From the NCBI GenBank assembly GCA_039621445.1, contig CP154954.1:29149411-29213410 (forward strand): 64,000 bases of DNA. The letters run 5' to 3'. A program made the position numbers and the translations under genes. How positions within the stretch are numbered: position 1 is the first letter of the stretch; the number at the start of each line of letters is the position of its first letter. The notes below the pieces were generated by a model. That model did no database searches. It worked only from the letters and a program-made list of their open reading frames with translations, and had not been told where the DNA came from. Shown here piece by piece: positions 1 through 52,983 of the stretch. This stretch comes from Euglena gracilis. Its lineage: Eukaryota.

Positions 1-6
1 CTCGTG

Positions 7-247
7 NNNNNNNNNNNNNNNNNNNNNNNNNNNNNNNNNNNNNNNNNNNNNNNNNNNNNNNNNNNNNNNNNNNNNNNNNNNNNNNNNNNNNNNNNNNNNN
101 NNNNNNNNNNNNNNNNNNNNNNNNNNNNNNNNNNNNNNNNNNNNNNNNNNNNNNNNNNNNNNNNNNNNNNNNNNNNNNNNNNNNNNNNNNNNNNNNNNNN
201 NNNNNNNNNNNNNNNNNNNNNNNNNNNNNNNNNNNNNNNNNNNNNNN
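7..247. other. Assembly gap (N run)
   Basis: Run of n bases. Confidence 0.99.
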
Positions 248-1263
248 TGACCCTCCCCCCTGTGGTCCCAGGGCTGAAACTAGGCCAGACCCAGGGCGAA
301 CCGGGTGCCAAAAACAGCAAAACAATAAAGAAAAAGCCCAAAAAGAAAACGCCAAGTGTGCAAGGGCAAGGTTGTATGGGAAAGCCTGGGGGGTCGGACC
401 CCACCTGCGAGTGGGGCGGTCAACCTCTCTACCCACCACCGCAGCAGTGCGCAGAGCTAAGAAACGTGTTTGCGAAGCCTCAGCAGCCTACTACTTAGTG
501 TGCCCCGAGACCTCCATGGAACCAAACCAAACCAAACCAATGAGAAAAAAAGTAGTTCACTCATCACTGAAAACAGTATCACGGATTTGATAAAGAGCTG
601 GAAGCATGAATTTGCCAGTCATGCATAATGTAGCCAAAAAAAATCTTGAAAGCTGAAGACCAAGATCGACAAAATCCGGCTTTGGGGGGTTGGGGGGAGG
701 GGCAAGTTTGAATCGCTTCAATTTGTGTTGCCTGGAGATTTAAACACACAAAAGCTGTCGATTGAGTTTCTAATGACTGATAAATGATTGAATGCAAGCG
801 CCCTGTTGAAAACTCGGCCAAACATAAAGCCCCTCAGCTAATTGTGGAGTCCAAGGACAAGACCTGGGAAATTATAGGACCAATTCAACCTCAATTTTTT
901 GAGTCCACCACCGAGCCAACCAGAACCTTGGTTGCTGTGTTTCCCCAGATGCACTGCACAAAACGATTCTGCCATTTCGGAATTTCATGCTTTGCCTTCA
1001 AAAGAAACTTTGGGGAGGCTTTGTGTCCTGTTGCCGAAAACGTTAAAATGCTTTAAATTTCACTTCCCTCGTTCCATTGTATTGAATTAAAACATTCTGC
1101 ATTGTATTGAATTTAGACATGGTTTGGAAATATATGCTAAAACTCCATGGCGTCGGTTTGTATTGACGCGGGTTCGCATGTTTGCCACAAACACCATTGG
1201 GCAGTGGGGCACAAATCATGCGGTGGTAGGGGGGCAGTTGGGAGCGACAGCGGTCACATGGGC

Positions 1264-6357
<5,094 letters not shown>

Positions 6358-7127
6358 GATCGAAGCTTTCTGGGCAGGGTTGCACGTAGGTGTCTCGCAG
6401 TCTGTCACTGCACTCGCATTCGAGAATTTGGCATTATTAGGGTCACATCCTGGTCAGTGGGCACACAATCTCTAACGCTATGTTCTTGCATAAGACCTCA
6501 TGACAACAAAAGCAGAAATCAAAACTGGTCCTGGAACTCCAAGAGAAATTGGGTGCTTAAGAGAATCCCAAGCTCCAAATGCAGAGCAATGTGGCAAAAC
6601 AGGACTTCAATGAAGGCTTGCCTGTCGTGCAGCCCCAGCAATGCTGCTCCATTTCCCTTGAACAAACCAAGCCTGCTCATACCTCCATTCTGGCGGAGGG
6701 CACCCCCGTGGTGCAGTGGAAAGAAGAGGCGGGGTTCCCACCCCATTGAGCATTTCTACTCGTTGGCAGAATCTTCAAGCCAAGGGGGTCCCTCTCAAAG
6801 ACGGGTGCTCTGTGCAGTAGCGGGGGCAGGACCTCGGAAGTTCTTTGGAGGTGTCTCACTGGGAGGGGCCCAGAGCCATGTGCACGTGTCGTGTGTGTGT
6901 GTGTGGGGGGGGCTGGCCAGCAAGGCTGAAAACCAGCGACGGAGGGGGGGGGGCGATGCAGTGCCGTCAAACGGCAGCCGGGCGGACCAAATGTCTGCCA
7001 ACCAGCCCCCCCCCCCCATGGGCACCGCTGCGAGGGAGAGGAAGCGGCGGCGGCGGTGGCGGGCCCACAACCCGTGTGCACGAGTGAAGCGCTGTGAAGA
7101 CGGGGCGTGGGCAATAAGGGGTCCCGA

Positions 7128-41888
<34,761 letters not shown>

Positions 41889-43039
41889 CTGCGCAGGGCC
41901 CCAAACTCCGTTGGCAGGAGCCCCCGACGGCACACGGCACACAGTTTGGGGGGTGGCCGGCGGAGGTGGCCACCCCACAGGCCTTGGGTTGGTGGCGCTG
42001 GGGGGACCACATGCGTCCCGCGCCTCAACGGACGGGCATCGCCCAGCGGCTGCTGAGAGGTGCGGCCATCCGTAAATGGGGCTCGGGCTGGCGGGGGAGT
42101 TCAAATCAAAATACAATTAGATAGGGCAACGGCTTCAACGGCTTCAATTTAGGTCTCCGGACTTTTTGCTAAGTTTTGCTTCGTTTTCGAGCAATTTGGC
42201 ATTTCGCGATTTTTGGGCCCCCCAAAAAAACGGCCCAAATGGCCGAAAAATGGCCGTTTCTCGTCTGCGGGCGGGGTACGCCGTACGCCATCTGACAAAC
42301 AGCCCCAAGGCACACCGCGGGGGAGGGGTCAGTGGGGGACGGGCTGGTGGCCGGGGCGGGGGGCGGCGGCGTGCTCCCTGGCAGACCGCCCCTCCGAGGG
42401 TGTTCCTGCGGTCGTGCCTCGCACCTTCCAGTCCTGTGAACCCTGGCAGCAGGAATTCGAACATCTGACCCGCAGGGTGACGTGCTGCATGGGCAGCGAT
42501 GCCGAGCAGAGCTCCATCCAAAAGAGTCCAGAGAAACACAAATAAAGCAAAGAACCAGGATTAGTCAGCATTTCCCTCCAAACCTTCAATCCTTTTTAAA
42601 CAGAAAGAAACCAATTATGTATGTCACACAGCTGAACAAAACGTTCAAAAAAACTTCTTGCTGCAAATATGGAAGCCTACATATGGGGAAAAGTGCAAGA
42701 GCTGAGATATCTTTTTCCGAATTCGTATTTCAGTTGTTTCCATTTTCCTCGACAACTCACAACAATTTGGAACCCCCCATCTAATGACCACAATGTTCCG
42801 TGTTCCTCACTGACTGGGGGGGTTAACCCAAAGTCAACGGGTTGGCGGCCCAAAACAGGGCGCTGGCGGGTCGAAAAACGCTCGTTTTCGGCTCAAAAAC
42901 AGTTTTTCCGGGTCCGGGAGGCCAAAAAACATCGTTTTGATCAAAAAAAATTCGATTTTTTTCGACTGTTTTTTCGACCGAAAACGGCTAAGTCGGACAG
43001 AGGGAAAAGTGTACAAAATGGCCTAAATTGGCTGAAAAA

Positions 43040-43400
43040 CGGCCGTATCTCGGGCTGGGCGGTGAGCTGCGGGGAAACCAAAATCCCAGTAGATAGAGCG
43101 TTCCAAGGGCTTCAATTTAGGTCTCCGGATATTTCCTTTGACTTTGCATCATTTTCGAGAAATTTTGAAAAGATTGGTTTTTTTTGACCCCCTCCCCCCG
43201 AAAACGGCCAAGTCGAACAGTGGAAAAACTGTACAAAACGGCCATCCGGGCCAAAAACGGCCGTATCTCGGGCCAGGCGGGGAGTTGCGGGGAAATCAAA
43301 ATACTGGCAGATGGGGCGTTCCAAGGGCTTCAAATTAGGTCTCCGGACATTTCCTTTGATTTTGCTTCATTTTGGAGATATTTTGAAAATTGATATTTTT
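43040..43400. repeat. Two copies of a diverged repeat about 235 bp apart (third copy near 42080-42200)
   Basis: CCGTATCTCGGGC...GCGTTCCAAGGGCTTCAA(T/A)TTAGGTCTCCGGA is repeated. Confidence 0.75.
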
Positions 43401-44639
43401 TGGCCGTCCAAAGGGTCCAAAGGGGGGGTTAAAAAGGGGGGTTGGCCAATCCTACCCAGTTTGGACCCCTTCGCGCATGAATAACTCGGGCCTGGCGGGG
43501 AGTTGGGGGTCAAACCCGGGTGATTCGGAAACTAGGAATCCAGTCGCTCGCGACTGAAAAAAAAATTTCGGGAACGGGGCCGGGATCATGGTGATAATCT
43601 GCCGGTTCCCGAGGTGGCCCCGAGGGGGGGGGGAGGGGGGGGATTCGGGGGGGGGGTTTCCCCAGTGGTAAATAATAAAGGGATAAGAGCTCAGCGACCC
43701 CCCCCCTAAATAATGCCCCCTGGGGTATCATTTTTTGCCCAAAGCCCAACGGGGGGATATTATTGGCATGGGTAATAGCTCCCCAAAATTTTTCGAAATT
43801 CTTCGATTTTCCGTACAACCCAGAATAGTACCCAAACCTCCCTCTTTGTTTGGGGTCATTGCATTTTTGGAGACCCTGAAAAATCGATTTTTGTGTAATT
43901 TATTGTCAGAAATTATGATTTTTACCCACATTTTCAGGGCAAAAGCCAGGTAGTCAGCCCAAAATTGGAGGGGGGGGGTGTATTAACTCGGCAAGCGAAG
44001 TCGGACCCCGAGGGGGGGTATAATTTGGAGGGGGGATGGTATTATTTGGGGGGAGGGTTTACACAAGGGAGGCGAGGGGACCCCCCCCCTTGTCTAAGGG
44101 GGCCTAAGGGGGTCAGCAAAGTTGGCCATAGGTGAGGGTATATGGCCATTCAGGTGCTTTTGGGCCTTTTTTGCTTTTTTTTAAAAAAAATCATCACCTC
44201 TGCCACTTTTGGCCATTTTTGGGAATTTTTTGATTGGCAATTTATAGCCAACGTATACGCAGCTTTGGCCATCCACTTTATTACAAACTTGCACAAAGAA
44301 GCCACTTTTGGTATTTGCGCCAAATTTAGCCATTTCGGTATTTTGTAACCATTTGGGGGTATCAGCCTGTCTCTCTCAACATTTTTGTGAACGTTCAGCC
44401 ATTTTATTGCTTTCTATTTGTGAAAGAGCAAAAAGAATAAAAAAAATCACACAAATCTTCCGATGCTCATGGAAACAATATTGTATCCAAAAGATCGCAT
44501 CGTTGACCGGGGGCTGGGGTTCTTTGGTCGCTGAATGACAGGGGGGTACAAAAATCAAACAGGATGACAGGTTCCTCATAATTTTTGTTCATTACCTCCT
44601 CACACCAAAAAAACACAAGGCAAGGCGTTGGGTTGAAGA

Positions 44640-45420
44640 GGCGGCCTATCCGCGCCAGCCTCCGGTGCTGACACGTCCGCCTTCTTGCGCCGCTCCCGCT
44701 GGCCCTTCACCTCGTGCACTTCTGTGGTGGGCTGTAAGGAGGAACCACGAGAGAGAGGGCGGTGGACACACCCGCACACACCCACACACCGAGCTCGAGA
44801 CACACCATAAATCCCTTTCCTCAAATAAGCCCCGGGTCATATTTCTGGGTCCGTTGGTGTGGGAACTTTTCATTTGTGCGGACAAAAGAATCCCAAAAAC
44901 GCATAAGAAATATTGCGCCTGCACAAAATGATGTTAATTTGAGATTCACATGATTGTTCGTGTGAAATTTGAGATTTCACACGAGATTTCACATTTTACA
45001 TGATTCTTGGATCTGGAAAACACCAAGAAAGAAATTTCAGCATTTCGTGGCTAAAAATAAAGATTTTCAGCACTTTTTGAGGGGGTTTCACCGCCCTACC
45101 TCGCTCCATCAGAGGGGGTCTTAAATGTTGGGGTCTCCTCCTTGCACTTTCTGCTGAGTTGGAACAGGGGGGGGTTGGAATTGGGGGTCACCTGTGGGGT
45201 GTCCGGCAGCGGCTGGATTGGAGACGGCCCCGGCGGCGGCTCCGGCGGCGGTGTGGAGGCGTCCACCGGGGCCCCGCCGGCCTTCTTGCGCCGGTCCCGC
45301 TGCCCCTTCACCTCGTGGTCCATGCCGGGGCGACGCTGCAAGCAACGCGGCGGAAAGGTCGCAGGCGGAGAACGATGCCGTGGCTGCACATGCTCCACGG
45401 AGGAGTTCACCGCGACAACC
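44640..45420 (-). CDS. Probable further upstream exons, likely of the helicase gene; low-complexity with a repeated HEVKGQRxRRKKA motif
   Basis: GC-rich coding-like segments; CAG|GT donor near 45192 and a phase-0 acceptor near 44731. Linkage to the exon at 41888 was not established. Confidence 0.45.
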
Positions 45421-47597
45421 CGCGGCCGATGGGGAGAAGCGATCCAACCCCCGGGCGGGGGGGGGGGGGGGAAGGTTCGATTTAGGGCAGGGGATCGCCC
45501 TCCGGTCCAGAAGGGGGGTGGGGAACACCCCCTACCACCTAAACAATGGCAGTCTGAAAATTTTGCACCGGGCCGAAATTTTTGACCCCCAAACGGCCAA
45601 AAAATGCCATTTCGGGGGCTTTTTGGGCTAAAATTTGTCAAAATGCAAAAAAAAATTCGGCACGAAGTACTAAAAGGAAATTTTTGACGTTTGGGGAGTC
45701 CCTGCACCCCCCGGGGTCGTTACGGGCCCCCTCTGGTCCAGGAGGGGGGCAGCCCCCCCACCTAAACCCCGTACACCCTGTTTATATCGAACCTGGGGAG
45801 GGGCACGGGCCAAGGTGCCTGGCGGGGCCGAACCACGGCGGCCCACCGCAGTGCTTCGGCAGTGCAGCACAACAGACGCATTGTTGAACGGTGCTGTTTT
45901 CCAAACAGCGAACGATTCAGCAGCTGCTGGCTTTTTCTTGAAAAGGGCCAGGACCTCAAGCTACTTTCCTGGCAAGCTGAATCCATCCGGCATGACCTTC
46001 CAGATCAGCCAAGGTGTAAAATTGAGCCTGGTTTTGACAGGGAGGGGGGGTCGCTCGGTGTCGCAGTTCGACATGAACAATGACCGGAAATGAAACTGAT
46101 CTCCCGTTGGAGTGACGGCGGGGAGTGTGGTAGAATGGCGTCGGGGCCATTGGGCACACTACTTCAATGAAACAGGGCACGGTCTCGTTGTGTGTAACTC
46201 CACCCTGACAGCCCATTATTGCTGCGGAACAGGGAGAGTTGACCAACCCTGGGGGGCCTCGGACTGCCCTGGGGTGCCTGCCCAAGCAGGGACCAACCCC
46301 CCCTCCCCCCGGTTGTACCTGCCTGTGGCCAAAAAAAAAAAAACAGAGCGAATTGGCCATTTTCTGAGCTTCCAGCACCTTTGGTAGAGTGGCCGAGTGC
46401 CTGGAGCACCAGCTTAATTTTTTTTTAAAAAATGAAAATAAACAATAATTTTCAAAAATTTGGGTGACATTTTTTCATTTCATCTTATGTCAGGTTGGCA
46501 AACCTGTTTGAAGGTGAAATGTAATTGTGCAGTCAAAAATAAAATATTTTTGAAAAGAATTCGCCGGAAGGAAAAAGGGCTCAATTTGTGTGTGTTTCAG
46601 CTCTCGATGCTAAACCCTCCCTGTGTTATTTACCCAAGCCAAGCGGACCCAACAGCCCGGGGGGGGGGGGGGGGCAAATCCCATGCTTGGGATCACTTGC
46701 CACGTAACTGGATGAATTCTCGAGACACTCTATCATCATTGGACATCGCCTCGAGAATTGTGTGTTTTCGACATGTCCCAACCACTTTGTCAGATGAAGA
46801 AGACATTTTTTGTGGGGAAAGCATTCCTCATGATAATGCATTTTTGAACCCAGAAAAAATTCCTGGGGGGTCAGGATGGCCCAGCAGAGGACGTGGTCAA
46901 CTTTGGAGGGGTCAAGTTGGGCCGAACAGCCCGGGGGGTTAATAATCGGGAGGGTCAATAACATGGGGGGGGTAACTATGGTTGAATTCTACAGCGACGA
47001 GTCAAAACGCCACAGCTGCCGCTTATTGTGGCGTTTCTGGTATTTGCAGTTTGAGACACACCAAGAAATGGGCAAAAGCTGCCAAGTGGATCAGCAGCGG
47101 AGCATTGTGCCAAGTGTCAGCGGCGGTCAGGCACAAAAGCACACTCGCCCAAAAATACGTCGCCGGCGCCCTGCAGTTCAGTGCGAAGCTTTCCGGGCTG
47201 AACATGGGCTGAACCGATGGGGAAACGCTTCTTCCGGACACCGGGAAAATTTTGGCTGTAACTGTTAACCCATTTGAATTTCAGGTGATTTGTTGACATG
47301 AAATTCTGGATGGTTACCAGCCCCCATTGTGCTCAAGGACTACTTCAGCATCTCCTCTGGACATTTTCCCAGTTTCTTGTGTACGGGTTCAATTTCATCG
47401 ATTTCTGTGATTGCGAGGTGGGATCCGTTGCATTGTGATTTTCAAAAGCCCTGTCTCTGAGCCCTTTCTTCCAGAAACTGTGTATTACGCCTCGTGGATC
47501 GGGGCTCATTGAGGAGCTTCATGTATGTATTAGGGTATCCATCTCAAAACACGCACTGGTTTCTGAAGGAGAAGCTGTGATTCTTTTCCCTTGAACC

Positions 47598-48329
47598 CAG
47601 GGGGGGGAAATGCGCTGGGCGGCCCTCGGAAAAAATGCGCAAAAATGCGCAAAAAAATGCGCCGAGTTTGAACATTCCTAAGGGAAAAAGGACTTAGAAA
47701 AATTTCCAACAATGAGCCCAAAATTAAACCAAAATCACCAAAAACAGCTGAAATGAAGGCATTTTTGGTCAAAAAAAAAATGCATGAGCAAGGCGTCACT
47801 CTCTGTTCACCATAACCAACAATGTCAGCCCTCGTGCCCCGTACTTGTGACCAGGGGAGAAGGATTTGATGCGGGGTCTCTGAAAACCCTAGTGTCCTCA
47901 TCATCATTGGATGAGTACCCACACCTCATCACCCAAAGGTTTTTTCTTGAATATGGACAAAATGCCTCCAAAAAGTGTAAAAAAAGGTGGGGAAATGGGA
48001 AAAAAGCGCAAAAAATGCGCAAAAAATTCTTTCAAAAAGGGGCAGAATAGAGCACAAATCAAACAACATAACTCAGTGTCAATGCAACGTTGGTCAAGGA
48101 GCAATTTGACAATATACAATCAAAATAAAATAAAAACCAAAATGAAACTGCAACGTATAAAAAAAGTCGTAAATTCTTAAGACGCAAAAAATGCGCGAAA
48201 AAAAATCGAAAAAAATGCGCAAAAAATGCGAAAAAAATGCGCAAACATGCGCATTTCCCCAAAATCCGGAAAATGCGCAAAAAATGTGCAAAAATGCGAA
48301 AAAATGCGAAACGCATTCCCCCCCCCCTG
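47598..48329. mobile_element. TIR element with 7-bp direct flanks
   Basis: CAGGGGGGGGAAATGCG / CGCATTCCCCCCCCCCTG; TTGAACC on both sides; AAAAAATGCG subterminal repeats. Confidence 0.75.
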
Positions 48330-49005
48330 TTGAACCTGAACACCTCTCAACTGTGTTGACAGTTGGAAAAGAATTTAGGGGTTAGTCATTGTCCCCTTTT
48401 TCTCCATCTCCGGATTGCAGAACCCTAGGGAGACTTGTTTGCCAGAAAATCTGGATGAAATTTCAGCCTTCCAATATTTTTCCCCAGCGAGTTTGTGTCC
48501 GACTTCTTATAATAAATGTCCAAAATCTCTTTCTTTGGTTTACACCGATTCTTGATACAAAGACAAAGAAACCAAAGCAGAAAACCACCGGATGCATCTG
48601 CAAACCAGCGAGAGACAAGGGGGTGGCGATGAGAACCATGGAGGGAAGGGAGGCGATTGGAGAAATCTGACCAACAACAGCAGGCAGCAGGCCAGTCCCA
48701 GACGTGCCAGTCGCAAAGAGCAGCCAGTGGCAAGGCTGGCCAGCGGATCACACCACAGCGAGCACCGAGACTCGGGGTCAAGCCAGACCGCAGGCGCGCA
48801 GGCTGTGGCGCAGGAGGGCCTGAGGCTCTGGCAGAGAGAGGCGGTCAACCCCCAACGGGTCAACCCCAACCCCCCCCCAGCACCCCATGAAACCACTGCC
48901 AGAGACGCTGGAAATTGCTCTGACGTGCGGCCAAACGTCGACTGCCATCCCTTCCTGGGCCACCGCACCCTCTGAGGAACCGTGCCACGGGGAGGAGGTC
49001 CCCCC

Positions 49006-49246
49006 CAGGGATTTTTTTAAGACCGGGGGGAGGGGGGTCCCCCCTACCCACCCACCCGCCCCGGGGGGGGGGGGGTCCCGGGGTCCCAACCCACTTTTCC
49101 CCGAAAGGGCCAAAAAATGCGAAAAATGCTAAAAATAGCACCTTTTCAAAAATTATCCCAAAAGTATATCCCACCCCCCAGGGGGCTCGGCCGGACCCAT
49201 CCACCCCACCCCCCCCCCCGGGGTCCAAGACTAAAAAAAAACTCTG
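49006..49246. mobile_element. Putative MITE (relative starting at 50341)
   Basis: CAGGGATTTTTTTAAG / CTAAAAAAAAACTCTG; imperfect flanks GTCCCCCC / GATCCCCC. Confidence 0.55.
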
Positions 49247-49487
49247 GATCCCCCAACAGAGCCCATCTGGCGCAGCCAGCCCCTCCCTGCACCGCCAGTG
49301 GGCCGGGGCCCCCGGCAGAAGGGGGGGGGGCATAGGGTCCGGCTAGAAGGTCATTGACCCGCGCCTGCCCTGCCTGAGCCCAGGGGGGAAAGGATTGGCG
49401 GCGCTGGGGAGGGCGTGGGGGGCCAGGCTGCTGTGGCATCCACCCCCCCCCCCCCGGGATCAGGGCGTTGCTTAGAGACCCCCCCAG

Positions 49488-49575
49488 CAGGGCAGAACGG
49501 GAAAGCCTGGTGGGGGGGGGGTCGACCCCCCCCACCCACCACCCTGGCTGTTTGGCCGATTCCCGGTCTGCCCTG
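49488..49575. mobile_element. 88-bp hAT-like MITE
   Basis: CAGGGCAGAACGGGAA / TTCCCGGTCTGCCCTG; flanks CCCCCCAG / CCCCCCGG (7/8). Confidence 0.7.
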
Positions 49576-52518
49576 CCCCCCGGGGGTCCATCTCAGTGGC
49601 TGGAGAATCGGACAGTAATGGATTTTTGGCTTTCAGAGGTGCGAAATGCGTGCCATTGACGGGCAAAAGGAAAGCCAAAATTTTGGTCAAAGAAGAAGCC
49701 TTCATAGTTGGCAGTTTCTTGGCCAATTAGCGGTTTCGATTTTTTTTTGTGCGACCCCAGCTCGGATAAAAAAAAACAAGTTCCGGCCCTGGGAGCCCCA
49801 TGGGGGCCAGCCAGCAGCCTTGGCCGCCCAAATAAAATAAATGCATCTCGTCCCCAATGGACCCGGGGGGGGGGGGGCTCGGGGGGACCTGCTTTTGGGG
49901 GTCAATTTTGGCGTCCAAAAATTAATTAATTATTAAACTTAGAGGAAACCCCTGCCTCTGGCAGGGTACCCACTCAGCCTGACCCCAGGGGGGGGGGGGG
50001 CTCGGCTGGGACCCACCCCAACCCCCCTCTCCCCCCTCGGGTCACGAAACTTTAAAATAAATCTCTGTTGGGGTCCAAATTCTTTTCGCGCCGAAAATAG
50101 AGAAACCCGAGAGGTACGCATCTGGCCCAACCCCCACACACCCTTGGGGGGACCCCCACCCACCCCCCCCCCCCTCTCTCCCAAGTCACTAGCATAAAAA
50201 AAAATCTCTGACCACAATATACTCAAAATCCGAACTAGATCATTATAAATTTCGGTGATTGATAAGAAAAACGGCTGGTTTGTTGTTTGGGGGTGTTGCG
50301 GTGTACCAGCCTTGATGAATCCGGATGTATGCCGTATGTTCAGGGGCTTTTTTAAGACCGGGGGGGGGAGGGGGCCCCCACCCACCCACCCACCCCTTGG
50401 GGTGCCCCCCCCCCCGGGGGAGGGGTCCCAGGGGACCAACCCACTTTTCCCCGAAAATGGCCAAAATGCTAAAAATAGCACTTTTTCAAAATTTTCAGCA
50501 GTACTCTTTGGTGTGGACCCCCTGTGGCGCCTACTTGGTGATGGGCCAAAAAAAAAATGGCCAAAAACCCAAAAAAAACTGAAACAGCTTTTCTTGGCTT
50601 CTGGCGCCTGTGGCACCGGAGTGCCTTCGCCAAATGTTCAGGCAGTTCTGGCATGTCAGAGGTGGGTCTGCCTCGCCTTCAACGTTCAGCCTGCACACGT
50701 CTGAGAACTCAGACCAGCCCACAATCCAGAACTTGATTTTGTGGATTGCACTGGAAATTTCCCATCCCCAGACAAAGAGGCGCAGGAAGAACTCAGGAAC
50801 CCAAGCAACCCTGTCTCCTGGATAGGTGCCAAGGGGGCCTGGTGCAATGTGTCTTCCAGTCCCACCGTTCATTTATCAAATTTCACGGTAAATTGCAGTA
50901 TCAAATGTTAAGGTTCAGCCTGAAGGGAACAGGCAACAGGGCAGGCGGCCTGGAGAGGATGTGCTGCACAAACGTAGCCAACGGGCAGGTGGCTACACAG
51001 GGGGAGGGGGGCGGGGCACCTCGACCTCGGGGGCAACGACAGAAAACCATGGGGGCATTTGTGGTGACGGAGGGGGGGGGAGGTTGGGGCTTCGCGCCAA
51101 AAATGGAGGGAAAAACCCCCACCCACTTGACCCCCCTGAGGGAGGAGGTCCAGCGGACCCCCCGCCCAGGCTTCGATATGAGGGCAGGAGGGGGGTGAAT
51201 CGGACCCCCCTCCGGTCCAGGAGGGGGGACATCCTTACGCCCTCCTGAAATCGAACCCTGCCCCCCAGGACCCAGGAAGGGATCCAACATTTAAAGAATC
51301 CCTGAGCGCAACCCCACCGCAAAGCGCTGCCGCAGGTTTCCAGGAGTCCCATTCACATTTCTGAGGGGTCCTGGATTTGGCGGTTCGGCCCAGGAGGATG
51401 CATCAGCAGGGCACGTTTGTGTTGAGAAGACCCGCTGACCTCATGTCCAGAATGGGACAGTCAGGTCCTCCGCAGTGGCAATGGGGCGGTTGGCACAGCA
51501 GTGTTGTCCTGTGCGGAAAAGGTAGCTAAGAGCAGGAAGTGGTGGAAAAGAGGTAAAGCGGGTGGAGGGGGGTTGACCGGCGACACGCGGGGAGGGGTCC
51601 CCTCCCACAGCATGTGCAGCACGGAACGGTCCCCGTGGGCTGGGGCTGGGCCGAACCCACAGGGAGGGGGGGGGGGGGGGCTGGTAGGGCCCTACCGCGG
51701 CGGCCATAAAAAAAAAGGCTGACTTGGCTTCAAGTTTGGTGCCGTGTGGGTGGACGACGTGAGGGTGCGTGTGAGGAAGTGCGGACACGTGTCATGGTGG
51801 AGGACAGCGTGCCCCATCGTGAGACATGCACGCACTTGCCTTGGTGTGCAATGCACTCGTGAGACACGCCTTGCAATTCATTGCGATTGTCATAATTAAG
51901 TGTTTGTTGTTCTTTGGCTCGTGTTTGTCAAGGTCCATGTTGCGTCCCCTCCCCCCTGTTGGTCCACAGGCAGATTAAAAGGCACAAAATTTAAATGAAG
52001 AAAAAATATTATGAACGATTGCAAATGACTTCTATGACTTTCTCATTTGCTATCTTTGCTTTGCTTTTTATCGAGAAAGGGTGTGGTTGGATTTATTACT
52101 ACATTTTATTGGACACAGGTTTTAGATAAACTCCTCAAGAGCACCCCGGGGTGTACAATTTTCTGCTGGTGCTGGGGAGGACTTTGGAAAAACTTCCACC
52201 TTGTCAAGGGAAACCTTTTCATCATATAACACCACACGTTGTGCAAAAAAAATGTGGTGCATGGTTTGGAGAATCATTAGATCATTTTCTGACCCAAAAA
52301 AATTGAAATAAATCAAAACGGAAAAAATGAAAAATGATAGAAAAAAAGGCAAATTTCACAAACTTCATTAAATTCAAAAATACTCCTATTACATGTTGAA
52401 CATGCTCTTGGGCGGCGCATCTCGCACTTAAGTTGCTTTTTCTTTGTTGATGTGCGCAATTGCGCAAATTGACCTTTTTCAAAAACCAAGATGCACACCT
52501 TGCGCCAGGAAATAAATA

Positions 52519-52983
52519 TGGCAGGTGTACCTTTGGATACCCTCCCCCCCGGGGGGGTATCGAAGTGGCCACTCGGTATACCTGGGTTAATGAGAGCATA
52601 GGGTTAGGGTTAGGACCCAGCCGGTCGGATTTCGCCCGCACGCGATGAGCATCCCGCCCAACCCAGGCCGAGCAATTCCCAAAGGCGGCAGACAGGCAGA
52701 GAGAAAGAAAGATAAAGGCCGCCAAACGGTCGGCCACCAAAGGGATTTAGCCCTCCCGACCTTTGGAGTCACTCCAAAAGGCCAGTGCTGGGACTTGCAG
52801 TGCGGGCAGTTGGGCCGGCGGTGAGGCCGCCCGCACATGCGGGATGCACGTCGCGCGCACGCGTGGAATCCGAACGGTCCCAGCCTAACCCTACGCCCTC
52901 ACTAACCCCAGGTATACTGTGGCCAAGCAAGTGTCCACGTCGATACCCCCGGGGGGGGGGGGTATCCAAAGGTACACCTGTCA
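52519..52983. mobile_element. Foldback MITE with >100-bp imperfect TIRs
   Basis: TGGCAGGTGTACCTTTGGATACC / GGTATCCAAAGGTACACCTGTCA; TA-rich flanks. Confidence 0.8.

Noticed and set aside
45850-51800. Additional minus-strand exon-like fragments
   Set aside because: Could not be joined into a consistent frame or assigned to a domain by eye.
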